NCBI GenBank assembly: GCA_030597245.1
Contig: JAUVSF010000001.1
Span: 1 to 51,836, forward strand
Length of the DNA: 51,836 nucleotides
Direction: 5' to 3'
Source: Acidobacteriota bacterium
Lineage (GTDB): Bacteria > Acidobacteriota > UBA6911 > RPQK01 > JAPXNP01
The notes beneath the pieces were generated by a model, which did not search any database, was not told the origin of the DNA, and saw nothing but the letters and a program-made list of their open reading frames with translations. Both the position numbers and the translations under genes were made by a program. Numbering within the stretch: the stretch's first letter is position 1; every line of letters starts with the position of its first letter. Below are positions 9,447-18,983 of this stretch, in pieces.

Positions 9447-9525
9447 GCATTATAAAGCATGACTGGCGACGTTCGAGTGAACCGGCTACCCGCCGCACTC
9501 ACACCAGTCCCGTCTGTGTGTCAGC

Positions 9526-10653
9526 TCAATGATCTGGATCGCGCAGTTCCGCGGCCTTCTGTTCAGCTTGACTGATCCAGCGAACTACCTCCTCAGTCTG
9601 CAGATCCGCCTTGCCGCCAAACCGGTAAACTTCGAGGATCGATTCCTGAGCCGGCAGTGGACCCGCAGCTGAACCCGTCGAAGAAGAGTCTTCAAGGATC
9701 GGGACGATGGGGAGTTGAGGTTGTTGGCTGATCAGGGGCTGAACTACTGAGCCGGCATTTCGTAAACCAGTGAGATCAACGATGACGAAGCGGGCGAGTG
9801 TCACGAACGGAGACAGTGACTTGGTGACTCCTCTCCATACCGGCTTGTCTGTTTCTACACACACAGGAAGATAACCCCGAGACAGCAACCCCTGCTGGAT
9901 AACCTCAAGTTTTGCTGCTTGATCGGCGCTAAACCTGCCGATGATAAGCCCAATCCGGGGAGCTTGCTTCAAAAGTTCGGACAATCCTTCTGAGTAGGCC
10001 AGCAAATTGCAAAGCTGGGCATGTGCCAGTTCATTGACTTTGATGGGAGACTCTCCCCTCGCGGTGATACAGAGGTTCCTTTGACTCTTCGGCGAACCGT
10101 CGAGATTCCAGGCAGAGATTCCGTGGACCATGCAGTCTTCGAAGATGGCATCCTGGACTCTGGTGCCAACGAGGGACGCCGCGGTCAAGTCTGATCCGGT
10201 CAGGTCGGATCCGGTCAGGTTGGCCTCGTGAAAGTTGGCAGCCATCAAGTGAGCGCCTCGGAGTGTCGCTCCGCTGAGATCAGCTCCCATTAGGGTTGCC
10301 CCAAGCAGATTCGCCCCATCCAAGTTGGCGCCCTTCATTCGTGTCCCGAAGAGGAAAGCTCCAAAGAAACTGACTCCACTGAGGTTGGCGTCATTGAGCA
10401 CTGCACCCAAAAGGTCGGCCAGGATCAACGTTGCCGACTCGAGATTCGCGCCAAAGAGGGACGCGTGGCTTAGTTGAGCTTTGCTTAGATCAGCTCGTCT
10501 AAGGTCGGCTCCATCCAGATTGGCTCGACTCAAATCCGCATTGATCAGGTTGACTTGACTGAGATCCGGCTTTGTTGCTGGATTCTTCTCTCTCCAGGAA
10601 TTCCAGACCTCTGTGCCTTGCAACAGTATTTCAACGTGTTTCTTGTTAGCCAT
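9526..10653 (-). CDS. pentapeptide-repeat protein fused to an uncharacterised C-terminal alpha/beta domain
   Basis: N-terminus MANKKHVEILLQGTEVWNSWREKNPATKPDLS, then about 27 A(D/N)LxX pentapeptides. C-terminal ~170 aa: RIGLIIGRFSADQAAKLEVIQQGLLSRGYLPVCVETDKP...LARFVIVDLTG. Confidence 0.85.
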   Translation of the reverse strand: MANKKHVEILLQGTEVWNSWREKNPATKPDLSQVNLINADLSRANLDGADLRRADLSKAQLSHASLFGANLESATLILADLLGAVLNDANLSGVSFFGAFLFGTRMKGANLDGANLLGATLMGADLSGATLRGAHLMAANFHEANLTGSDLTGSDLTAASLVGTRVQDAIFEDCMVHGISAWNLDGSPKSQRNLCITARGESPIKVNELAHAQLCNLLAYSEGLSELLKQAPRIGLIIGRFSADQAAKLEVIQQGLLSRGYLPVCVETDKPVWRGVTKSLSPFVTLARFVIVDLTGLRNAGSVVQPLISQQPQLPIVPILEDSSSTGSAAGPLPAQESILEVYRFGGKADLQTEEVVRWISQAEQKAAELRDPDH

Positions 10654-10753
10654 AACGCACTATCGAGTGTAGACAATCTATCAGAATCCGTAGCCGCATC
10701 CCTAACGCTGAAATCAGCAAACCAATTCGTCTGCGTTCGGAAGTCCCTTAACT

Positions 10754-10782
10754 GTGTCAATCGTTGTGACTCTTTGTATAAT
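10754..10782 (+). promoter_or_regulatory. candidate sigma70-type promoter (GTGTCA-17 nt-TATAAT)
   Basis: TATAAT at 10777-10782. The weak -35 GTGTCA at 10754-10759 matches TTGACA at 4 of 6 positions, with a 17-nt spacer. If used, it would exclude the GTG 10785 start of the downstream ORF. Confidence 0.3.
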
Positions 10783-10811
10783 ACGTGTCAATAACCAAAG
10801 GATACGAGCAA

Positions 10812-11135
10812 ATGGAATATACCTACGAAGAACTGCACAAAAAAACGGTGGCCCAGCTCAGAGAAATCGCCGACGGGATTGATCACGAGTCGCTCCACGG
10901 CCACAACACAATGCACAAGGCTGACCTTCTACAGAAACTTTGTGAGGTGTTGGGTGTTGAGGCTCACGTCCATCATGAGGTTGTTGGAGTTGACAAATCC
11001 AAGATCAAAGTGGAGATTCGGGATTTGAAGGTCAAGCGCGGCAAGGCTCTTGAGAAACATGATCACAAGAAACTGAAGGAGCTAAGGCGCAAGATCCGGG
11101 GACTGAAGAGGCAGATTCGAAAGGCAACTGTCTGA
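10812..11135 (+). CDS. small lysine/arginine-rich protein with Rho-N/SAP-like N-terminal helix-hairpin
   Basis: MEYTYEELHKKTVAQLREIADGI... followed by a basic coiled tail (KLKELRRKIRGLKRQIRK). ATG 10812 is preceded by AAGGA at 10798-10802. Confidence 0.6.
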   Translation: MEYTYEELHKKTVAQLREIADGIDHESLHGHNTMHKADLLQKLCEVLGVEAHVHHEVVGVDKSKIKVEIRDLKVKRGKALEKHDHKKLKELRRKIRGLKRQIRKATV

Positions 11136-11292
11136 CTGGCGGTTCTGGGTACCGCCTCGTTGATCAAGCTTGTTGGCTCTGCCGCGGAACTGTTGCATTG
11201 CCTGCCTATCAACTTTGGTATGAAGCCTCAAACCATTGATCGGGAGGCACGAAGGGTGTGTCTCGCCTGCAAGACTACTGCTAAGGGATAGC

Positions 11293-12411
11293 ATGGCAAA
11301 ACATGTTGGGATATTGACGGCAGGGGGTGATAGCCCGGGACTGAACGCAGCGATCCGGGGTGTCGGAAAGGCTGCCCAGATTGTCTATGGCATGGATGTT
11401 ATCGGCTTCCGTGATGGCTTCCGGGGTCTGATGCAGGACCGGATCATGCGCCTCGACGGAGCCACGTCGACAGACATCCTCACGCGAGGTGGTACGATGC
11501 TCGGCGCAAGCCGGAACAAGCCGCATAGGATGCCCGTTGGAAACAAACTCCTCGACATGACAGACGTCATTGTAAGTACCTACAAGAGACATCACCTGGA
11601 TGTTCTTGTTTGTCTTGGAGGCGGTGGCACTCAGAAGAATGCGCTCCGCCTGAAGAAAAAGGGCTTGAACATCATTACGCTGCCCAAGACCATAGACAAC
11701 GACGTCGCGATGACAGATACCACTCTTGGCTTTGATACCGCGCTGGGTATTGCCACTGCAGCTATTGACCGGCTTCATAGTACTGCCCACAGTCACCATC
11801 GCATAATTGTGGTTGAAATCATGGGGCACAGAACCGGATGGCTTGCGCTCGGAGCTGGAATTGCTGGTGGAGCCGACGTAATCCTGATTCCTGAGATTCC
11901 TTATGATGTTAAGACCCTAGCGAAAGCGATCCGACTCCGGAGCCGCGAAGGTAAGCAGTTTAGTATCGTTGCCCTGTCTGAGGGTGCGATGTCAAATGAC
12001 GATGTGAAAGCTCTGAGCGCGGTTGACGAGCAGAAGAAAGGGGAGGCAAGAAAGGGAAAGGGTGCGTCTGATACGGAACTGGCGGAACTCGAGATACGCC
12101 TCGCGAACAGAACGCTGTCCCTTTCCAAGCGGCTCGAACAGTTGACCGGACTTGAGGCCAGGGTAACGATTCTTGGCTATTTGCAGAGAGGAGGCACACC
12201 GTCTGCGGCTGACCGGCTTCTGGCCACACGGTTGGGTACCGCTTGTGCCAGGTTTGTAGAGGAGGGGCTTTCTGGAGTCATGGTAGCGTCAAGGGGTGAA
12301 GAGGTAGAGGCTGTTCCCCTTGAGGAAGTCGCCGGCCGGCGAAAAACTGTTCCGCTCGATCATCCTTGGATTCAGGCAGCTCGTGACGTGGGAACGTGCC
12401 TGGGTGATTAG
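11293..12411 (+). CDS. pfkA: 6-phosphofructokinase (PfkA family; phosphoryl donor ambiguous)
   Basis: [62 protein letters not shown]. Confidence 0.9.
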   Translation: MAKHVGILTAGGDSPGLNAAIRGVGKAAQIVYGMDVIGFRDGFRGLMQDRIMRLDGATSTDILTRGGTMLGASRNKPHRMPVGNKLLDMTDVIVSTYKRHHLDVLVCLGGGGTQKNALRLKKKGLNIITLPKTIDNDVAMTDTTLGFDTALGIATAAIDRLHSTAHSHHRIIVVEIMGHRTGWLALGAGIAGGADVILIPEIPYDVKTLAKAIRLRSREGKQFSIVALSEGAMSNDDVKALSAVDEQKKGEARKGKGASDTELAELEIRLANRTLSLSKRLEQLTGLEARVTILGYLQRGGTPSAADRLLATRLGTACARFVEEGLSGVMVASRGEEVEAVPLEEVAGRRKTVPLDHPWIQAARDVGTCLGD

Positions 12412-12528
12412 TTGGCTGGACTGGGAATCCTCTGATTTGCGAGGTCATCTTCGTCACGCTTCAGCATAACGTCGGCAGAAGAGCCTGCACATATCTTGGT
12501 AGCTTAAGGTGTTTACTGCATCGTTGAA

Positions 12529-13974
12529 ATGGAGAAGGGGAGTCTAATGTTGAATAAGAAGAATTTACACCTGTTGGGAGAAAATAACCTTTCAAGACGG
12601 AATTTCCTCGTGGGTACCGCAACGACAGCAAGCCTTTTGACGGTTTTGCCGCGGTTTGTCCTCGGAGGAAGTGGGTATATTCCGCCCAGCGACCGTCTCA
12701 ATCTGGCAATCATCGGCACCGGCGGCCAGGGCATCGTTAATATCCGAACCTTGCTCAAACAGCCCGACGTCCAGATTGTCGCCATCGCTGATCCAAATGA
12801 TGAAAGTGACTACAGTGCCTATTACTATGGTGGAACTGCAGGTAGGAAACCGGCCCTGGACCTGATCCGGTCTCACTACGAGAAGAGCGGAGCGAAGAAC
12901 GGGGCGCGGACATGTACGCCCTATCTGGACTTCCGGAAGATGCTGGAAAAGGAGAAAGGAATTGATGCCGTAGTAGTGGCTACACCAGATCATGCTCACG
13001 CCGTGACGGCAATGGCGGCCATTCAACTGGGCAAGCATGTCTACTGCGAGAAGCCGTTGGCTCACTCGATTTATGAGGTCCGCAAATTGACGGAAGCGGC
13101 CCGCGAAGCTGGTGTCGCCACCCAAATGGGGAACCAGGGTCACTCGGGCGAGGGAATCAGGCAGACCTGCGAGTGGATATGGGACGGAGCCATTGGGGAG
13201 ATCCGGGAGGTCCATGCTTGGAGCGATGTAGGTGGGTGGGCCGATGGTGAAAAACCAAAAGAAACGCCGCCTGTTCCTCCTGATTTCGACTGGGAACTCT
13301 GGCTTGGCCCAGCATTGGATCGACCCTACAGTCCAGCATACGCTCCCTACAACTGGCGAGGCTGGTGGGATTTTGGCACCGGGGCGATCGGCGACATGGC
13401 CTGCCATAACTTGGATCCTGCCTTCTGGGCCCTGCACCTGAAGCACGCGGAATCCGTTGAGGCCCTTTCGACGGAGGTGGGCCCAGAGACGGTGTCGGAT
13501 GAGTCAACCGTCCGATATGAATTCCCAGCACAGAGGAGTATGCCCCCGGTAACGGTGACCTGGTACGACGGGCCCCGACGGCCACCTCTACCGGCTGGAT
13601 CCGAGGACGGACGAGCGCTTGGCAAGAACGGCATCATCTTTGTGGGAGACAAAGGGCAGATTCTGTGTGGAGGTTGGGGTGGGCCGCCGGAGCTTCTCCC
13701 CAAAGCACTCGCGGATAATTACACCCCTCCCCCGAAAAGCCTGCTTCGGTCCAACGGCCATCATCGAGACTGGCTCGGGGCTTGTAAGGGAGGACCTCCG
13801 CCAAGCTCGAACTTCGAGTACTCTGGACCCCTCACTGAGGCTGTGCTCCTTGGCAACGTAGCTCAGCGAAGTACTGGGAGGCTCATCTGGGATGGCCCAT
13901 TAATGACCGTCACTAACCAGGCCGAACCAAATCAGTATGTACAGAGCCCGTACCGTGAAGGGTGGGAACTTTGA
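12529..13974 (+). CDS. Gfo/Idh/MocA family oxidoreductase with twin-arginine (TAT) signal
   Basis: SRRNFLVGTATTASLL TAT motif. Rossmann segment LAIIGTGGQG, and EKPLA motif (VYCEKPLAHS). Alternative start ATG 12547. Confidence 0.88.
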   Translation: MEKGSLMLNKKNLHLLGENNLSRRNFLVGTATTASLLTVLPRFVLGGSGYIPPSDRLNLAIIGTGGQGIVNIRTLLKQPDVQIVAIADPNDESDYSAYYYGGTAGRKPALDLIRSHYEKSGAKNGARTCTPYLDFRKMLEKEKGIDAVVVATPDHAHAVTAMAAIQLGKHVYCEKPLAHSIYEVRKLTEAAREAGVATQMGNQGHSGEGIRQTCEWIWDGAIGEIREVHAWSDVGGWADGEKPKETPPVPPDFDWELWLGPALDRPYSPAYAPYNWRGWWDFGTGAIGDMACHNLDPAFWALHLKHAESVEALSTEVGPETVSDESTVRYEFPAQRSMPPVTVTWYDGPRRPPLPAGSEDGRALGKNGIIFVGDKGQILCGGWGGPPELLPKALADNYTPPPKSLLRSNGHHRDWLGACKGGPPPSSNFEYSGPLTEAVLLGNVAQRSTGRLIWDGPLMTVTNQAEPNQYVQSPYREGWEL

Positions 13975-14085
13975 AATTCGGCCCGAGGCCGCATTTGGAT
14001 TCCCGGAAATCACGATCAACGGTCACTGAGTGGCAATCCGTAGACTGTCCCAATTCTTCTGTCGAATGATTGAGGTCTGGAAGGA

Positions 14086-16347
14086 ATGACGACTCTCAAC
14101 CCAACGTCGACCACCCCAGCGAGGTTGGGGACCGTAGTTGCGATTTTCATGATCGCCACTCAGGTGGCTGGTAAAGCAACCCGAGATGCGCTCTTTTTCT
14201 CCAATTTTGAGGTGACGGCCTTACCTCAGATGCTAGTTGTGGCCTCATTGGTGGGAATCGTTGTTATCGTTTCAGCCTCGGGTATTCTTGCTCGTTGGGC
14301 ACCCGCTCGAACGGTTCCAGCGGCATTTGCACTGAGTGCATTCCTTTACCTGATTGAGTGGTCACTGCTTTCGGTTAGTTCTCGTGTTGTTGCAGTACTT
14401 GTCTACTTGCACATCGCAGCTTTCGGCGCGATCCTGATCTCCGGTTTCTGGTCAGTCATAAATGAACATTTGGACCCGCGTTCAGGCAAGAAACAGATCA
14501 GCCGTATTGCCACCGGGGGGACGGTTGGCGGCGTCGTTGGCGGGTTGCTCGCGACACAAATGGCATCGGGCTTCTCACTGTTCGAAATGCTCCCCTGCCT
14601 GGCCGGACTTCATCTTGCCTGCGCGGCTGGAATTTGGCGCATAGGGTCGCCTGAAAGCACCCGAAGCAAACAGGTAACGTCGTTGGCAGAATCGTATCGG
14701 ATGGGCGCCCAGGTACTCGCCAGGCGATCTTACCTCCAGAGCCTCGCCGCTCTGGTACTGGTTGGGACGATTGCCGCAGCCCTGCTCGATTACGTCTTCA
14801 AAGCTTATGCAACCGGGGTACATACCGAAGGAGAGGACCTGCTTCACTTCTTCGCTCTTTACTACACTGCTGTAGGGCTCGTAACTGTTGCTTTTCAAGG
14901 TGGTCTCAGCGGATTCAGCCTGGAGAGATTTGGACTTGCGAAAACCGCGGGTACTCTCCCGGTCGCAGCTATCGTGGGTTCTTTCGGAACTCTCTTCTTC
15001 CCCACTGTGGCTGCAGCCACGGTGGCACGGGCAGCAGAGGCGATACTGCGCAACTCATTGTACCGCTCGGCCTATGAGCTCGCGTATACCCCTGTTCGTG
15101 CTCAGGAGAAACGAGCTGCAAAGCCGATCATCGATGTCGGATTCGAACGTTTGGGCGACGCTCTGGGAGGGGTAGTCGTCCTCATGGTTCTCTTTGTCTT
15201 CCCGGTGTCGCCACAAGCTGCCCTGCTTCTTTTGGCTAGTGCGCTTGGATTTGTGGGGATTGTCGTGATACGTCGCTTGCAGAAGGGATATATCTCTACC
15301 CTCGAACGCAGCCTTCGCGATCGGGCAATTGAGATGGATTTAAGTGAGATAGCGGAAAAGACGACACAGCAAACCCTTGCTTGGACCATGGCGACGTTGA
15401 ACGTCTCAGAACTGAAAGCCCTGATCCCGGAGTCCGAACGAGAGGTGTTTCCGAAAGAAACCTCCACCAAGGGCCAGGTCGGGACACGGCCGGAAAAGCC
15501 CCTGGATTCCGTACTGAGACAGATTCAGGATCTCAAGTCGGGAGATGCTGGACGCGTCAGGGCCGTGCTCAATGAGCGAAAACTGGACTTGGCTTTAGTA
15601 CCACACATCATCAGCTTGCTCGCCTGGGATCAAGTTGCCACAGAGGCAGTGTTAGCGCTGAGAGAGTTTTCAAAACGTATCGAGGGCCAACTCACCGATC
15701 ATCTGGTCAGCTCCGAAGAGGATTTTGCAGTTCGTCGAAGAATCCCACGAGTGTTGAGAGCTAGTCCTAGCCGGCGAACGGCTCAGGGACTCCTTTGGGG
15801 CCTTCAGGACGTAAGGTTCGAAGTTCGTTTTCAGTGTGGTCGGGCACTGGCCTTTATCACGGAGACAAATCCAGACATTAAGATTGATCAAGAGACTATG
15901 ATCAAAGCGGTACTGAGAGAAGTGGCGGTTGACCGCCGAGTGTGGGAGAGTCACCGTCTCTTCGACCAACTCGACAAAGATGAGGATTCCGTTTTCGTAG
16001 ATCGGGTAATCGAGGACCGGACTAACCGCAGCCTCGAGCATGTTTTTACACTCCTGGCACTTCGACTTCCTCGTGAACCGCTGAGAATTGCCTTTCGTGG
16101 ATTGCACACGGAGGATCGAACCCTAAAGGGTACGGCTCTCGAATATCTCGACAGTATCCTTCCTGCCAAGATAAAAGAAGCGCTCTGGCCGTTCCTCGAG
16201 GAGCAGCCACAACCTGAAGCTGGTGGGAAATCGAGAGAGGAGATCCTTGCTGATCTTTTGGAATCCAATGCCTCCATCCAGATAAATTTGGAAGAACTCC
16301 GAAGCAGTCAGCAGAAACAATCGGATAAGAAGGACGAGATCGATTGA
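14086..16347 (+). CDS. polytopic membrane domain (MFS / nucleotide-transporter-like) fused to a C-terminal HEAT-like helical repeat domain
   Basis: 753 aa. The first ~400 aa are hydrophobic with about 10-12 predicted helices and the motif GKATRDALFFSNF. The last ~330 aa are soluble and helical-repeat-like. Confidence 0.75.
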   Translation: MTTLNPTSTTPARLGTVVAIFMIATQVAGKATRDALFFSNFEVTALPQMLVVASLVGIVVIVSASGILARWAPARTVPAAFALSAFLYLIEWSLLSVSSRVVAVLVYLHIAAFGAILISGFWSVINEHLDPRSGKKQISRIATGGTVGGVVGGLLATQMASGFSLFEMLPCLAGLHLACAAGIWRIGSPESTRSKQVTSLAESYRMGAQVLARRSYLQSLAALVLVGTIAAALLDYVFKAYATGVHTEGEDLLHFFALYYTAVGLVTVAFQGGLSGFSLERFGLAKTAGTLPVAAIVGSFGTLFFPTVAAATVARAAEAILRNSLYRSAYELAYTPVRAQEKRAAKPIIDVGFERLGDALGGVVVLMVLFVFPVSPQAALLLLASALGFVGIVVIRRLQKGYISTLERSLRDRAIEMDLSEIAEKTTQQTLAWTMATLNVSELKALIPESEREVFPKETSTKGQVGTRPEKPLDSVLRQIQDLKSGDAGRVRAVLNERKLDLALVPHIISLLAWDQVATEAVLALREFSKRIEGQLTDHLVSSEEDFAVRRRIPRVLRASPSRRTAQGLLWGLQDVRFEVRFQCGRALAFITETNPDIKIDQETMIKAVLREVAVDRRVWESHRLFDQLDKDEDSVFVDRVIEDRTNRSLEHVFTLLALRLPREPLRIAFRGLHTEDRTLKGTALEYLDSILPAKIKEALWPFLEEQPQPEAGGKSREEILADLLESNASIQINLEELRSSQQKQSDKKDEID

Positions 16348-16462
16348 CTCCGTAAAAACGGAGCCGAAGTGAACGGCGCCGTTCCAGGTGGAAGGCTCCC
16401 AGAGCCGTTTTCCTTTAGAATTCTCAGTTCAGGCAGCAGACAGTGCCAGGGAATGGTGAGCC

Positions 16463-17641
16463 GTGAGCATACTAGACCACAACCTTAGTCCATATCTCGG
16501 TAAACTGAGTGAAGCCAATTCCAGTGAGGAGTTGAAGCGCTTGGCAGAATACCGAAAGCTGGAACCGGAGATTCGCCGAATCCTGTCAAGTGTGCTTCAG
16601 CGAAACCTTAGGAAGCAGCCACCGGCCGATTCCAGTCCGATCAGGGTCTCAGGCTGGAATGTTGAACGCGGGACTCATCTGGAAGGAATCATCGACACGC
16701 TGAGATCTCACCCGATCATGCGCAGAAACGATGTCTATGTTCTGACGGAACTTGACTACGGGATGGCGAGGAGCCAGAACAGGCGAGTCCCTGAGGAACT
16801 GGCAGATGCGCTTGATCTGAATTTCGCTTTCGCACCGTGTTACATCAATCTGGAGAAGGGAAGCGGGCTCGAAAGCAGCGTGGACGGACACAACGAACTT
16901 GGCCTCCACGGTAATGCCCTTTTCTCCAAGTATCCTATACTCGGTGCGCATTCCGTCGCCATCCCCAATGGCAAAGACAAGATGCGCGGCAAGGAAAAGC
17001 GGCTGGGCAGGCAGAACGCTGTAATAGGCTTGATAGACCATCCCCAGGGGAAATTCAGAGTGGTGAGCGTCCATCTGGACGCTCACTCTACCCAGAAACA
17101 TCGAGCACACCAGATGGAGTTGGTCCTGGATGATCTCGGCCGCTTCCACCCCGAATTTCCCGCGTTGATCGGGGGTGACTGGAACACATCGACTTACAAT
17201 TCAAGAAACGCGTTGTTTTCCATACTGGGCTACGTCCGTCGTGTATTGATGGGAGTTCGACATGTAATCAGGGATCATTATCCGTATCCTGACCGATGGT
17301 TCGAGCGACATCTTTTCAGGCTCTTGGAGGATCGAGGGTACGTGTACAAGAACCTCAACGAACCCGGAGGCTGTACGCTTCATTATGATGTGAAAGATCT
17401 TGCCGCCAATGGACGCATGGCCGATTGGATTCCCAACTGGTGCTTCTGGTTCATAAACTGGGCACTCGAAAAGAACGACGGCAAGTGCTCCATGAAACTG
17501 GACTGGTTTGCGGGAAAGGACATCCTCCCGGCTCTCGACAAGCCCCCTCAGGTCATCCAAGACGTTAACGATCCTTCTCAGCCTCTGTCTGATCACGACC
17601 CCATCTTCCTGGAGTTCAACTTAAACCAAAAAGTCTCGTAA
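16463..17641 (+). CDS. endonuclease/exonuclease/phosphatase (EEP) family protein
   Basis: VSGWNVERG, VYVLTELD, GGDWNT, LSDHDPIFLEF. These match the canonical EEP catalytic motifs. Confidence 0.85.
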   Translation: MSILDHNLSPYLGKLSEANSSEELKRLAEYRKLEPEIRRILSSVLQRNLRKQPPADSSPIRVSGWNVERGTHLEGIIDTLRSHPIMRRNDVYVLTELDYGMARSQNRRVPEELADALDLNFAFAPCYINLEKGSGLESSVDGHNELGLHGNALFSKYPILGAHSVAIPNGKDKMRGKEKRLGRQNAVIGLIDHPQGKFRVVSVHLDAHSTQKHRAHQMELVLDDLGRFHPEFPALIGGDWNTSTYNSRNALFSILGYVRRVLMGVRHVIRDHYPYPDRWFERHLFRLLEDRGYVYKNLNEPGGCTLHYDVKDLAANGRMADWIPNWCFWFINWALEKNDGKCSMKLDWFAGKDILPALDKPPQVIQDVNDPSQPLSDHDPIFLEFNLNQKVS

Positions 17642-17699
17642 TCTCTATGGACATTCCCTTTGCTTCAGGAACATAATTTCCATTGCAAAGGAGGCGGCT

Positions 17700-18653
17700 A
17701 TGTCTTGGAGACTTCGAGTTGTATTTTCCCTCGCGATAGTAATTGTTCTAACTGTTGGGATTGTTGCGCAAGAGGGGGATACGTACGCAGAAGAGTATGA
17801 TTTGTATCAGAAGGCACAACAAGAGAAAAACGTAACGCAGCGGACCGCTCTCATAATCGAGTTTATTCAGAAATACAAGGAATCGCAGCTGAACCCGAAC
17901 GTTGCCTACCTGTATTCCCAATACTTGGATGGATTGCGTCAGAAGGGCCAGTGGGCCCAGCTTGCTGCGGCCAGCGAGAAATACTTGAGGTATCGGCCCA
18001 CAGACAAGGCGGCAGCGGCGGCAGCAACCGAAGCTTATCAGCAATTGGGACAGCCAGGAAAACTCGTTGAATTCGGAACTAGGGTTTATAACCAGTCTCC
18101 GAATGCGGGGTCTGCATATCTGGTGGCGAAAGCCTATAAATCGATGGGTGACACAGCCAACTTCGAGAAGTGGGCCCAGCGCACTCTGAAACACGCTCCG
18201 AACAATGCGGAAATGCTGGTTGAATTGGTGAATTCGGCCTGGGCGCTCCAGGATCTTGAGAAAGCTGCTGCGTACGCCAAGAAGGCCCTTGCCTCCCTGG
18301 AGAAGTCGGAAGATCCTCAGCTGAATCAGGCCAAGGCTTTCGCTTACCGGGCTATTGGAGAGAATGCCTATATTTCAGCCGACTTCAGGACGGCGCGAAT
18401 GAACTTTGAAAAAGCCGCTCAGTTGGATCCAATGGTCGGTTTTTCACATCTCCGGCTGGGCTACTGCTACTGGCGGGCAAACAAGGTCGATCAGGCAATT
18501 CTTTCTTTTGCGAGAGCTGTTGCCGTGAAAGGTTCTTCCGCAAAGGAGGCTCGCCGTGAACTGTATAATTTGCTGCGCCAGCGTCAAGGCAGTACGGCGA
18601 ACGCCACGAAGATCATACAAGCAGCGAAACAGGAGTTGGGCATAACGGACTGA
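17700..18653 (+). CDS. secreted TPR-repeat protein
   Basis: Signal peptide MSWRLRVVFSLAIVIVLTVGIVAQ, then repeated A-x-Y/W-x-A helical TPR-like units. Confidence 0.8.
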   Translation: MSWRLRVVFSLAIVIVLTVGIVAQEGDTYAEEYDLYQKAQQEKNVTQRTALIIEFIQKYKESQLNPNVAYLYSQYLDGLRQKGQWAQLAAASEKYLRYRPTDKAAAAAATEAYQQLGQPGKLVEFGTRVYNQSPNAGSAYLVAKAYKSMGDTANFEKWAQRTLKHAPNNAEMLVELVNSAWALQDLEKAAAYAKKALASLEKSEDPQLNQAKAFAYRAIGENAYISADFRTARMNFEKAAQLDPMVGFSHLRLGYCYWRANKVDQAILSFARAVAVKGSSAKEARRELYNLLRQRQGSTANATKIIQAAKQELGITD

Positions 18654-18983
18654 GCCCTGACTCCAAGGAGGCGTTCGGCGATTCAGCTACGCTCACGATA
18701 ACAGCTCGTTCCCCATCGAATCGATTGCGCCCCGAGCCATGTCAAGGGCGTGTTGCTCAAAACGGTTCTTCCGGAATGTGTCGCTCTTACAGGGCTTTCA
18801 TAACGGGGGTTCCCAACTTTCGCTCAGCGTGTCCACAGCCCATTGAGACATTGCGCCTTTCTCAAGGAGAGCTGTTTCCCGCGCTTGTCGTTTTTTGGCG
18901 TACTCAAGTTCGACCTCACTTTGTTTCAACCTGACCTATCGGGAGCGCAGTTCCTATTCAGGACCTCGGTATAATGACATCCT

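Noticed and set aside
12592-13446. 284-aa antisense ORF, and similar long antisense ORFs at 5126..5680, 11281..11829, 22019..22534, 28253..28882, 35733..36353, 39264..39743, 42190..42753, 45989..46585, 46761..47255
   Set aside because: Each lies opposite a gene with clear family motifs. Their sequences are Arg/Pro/Ser-rich and low in information, as expected for antisense frames in GC-rich DNA.
18654-18983. Riboswitch (cobalamin or TPP) or Fur box in the 330-nt leader of the TonB-dependent receptor
   Set aside because: I could not find a B12 box (GCCACTG context), the TPP CTGAGA...ACCTGATCTGGATAATGCCAGCG core, or a GATAATGATAATCATTATC-like Fur site. A covariance-model scan would be needed to exclude these fully.
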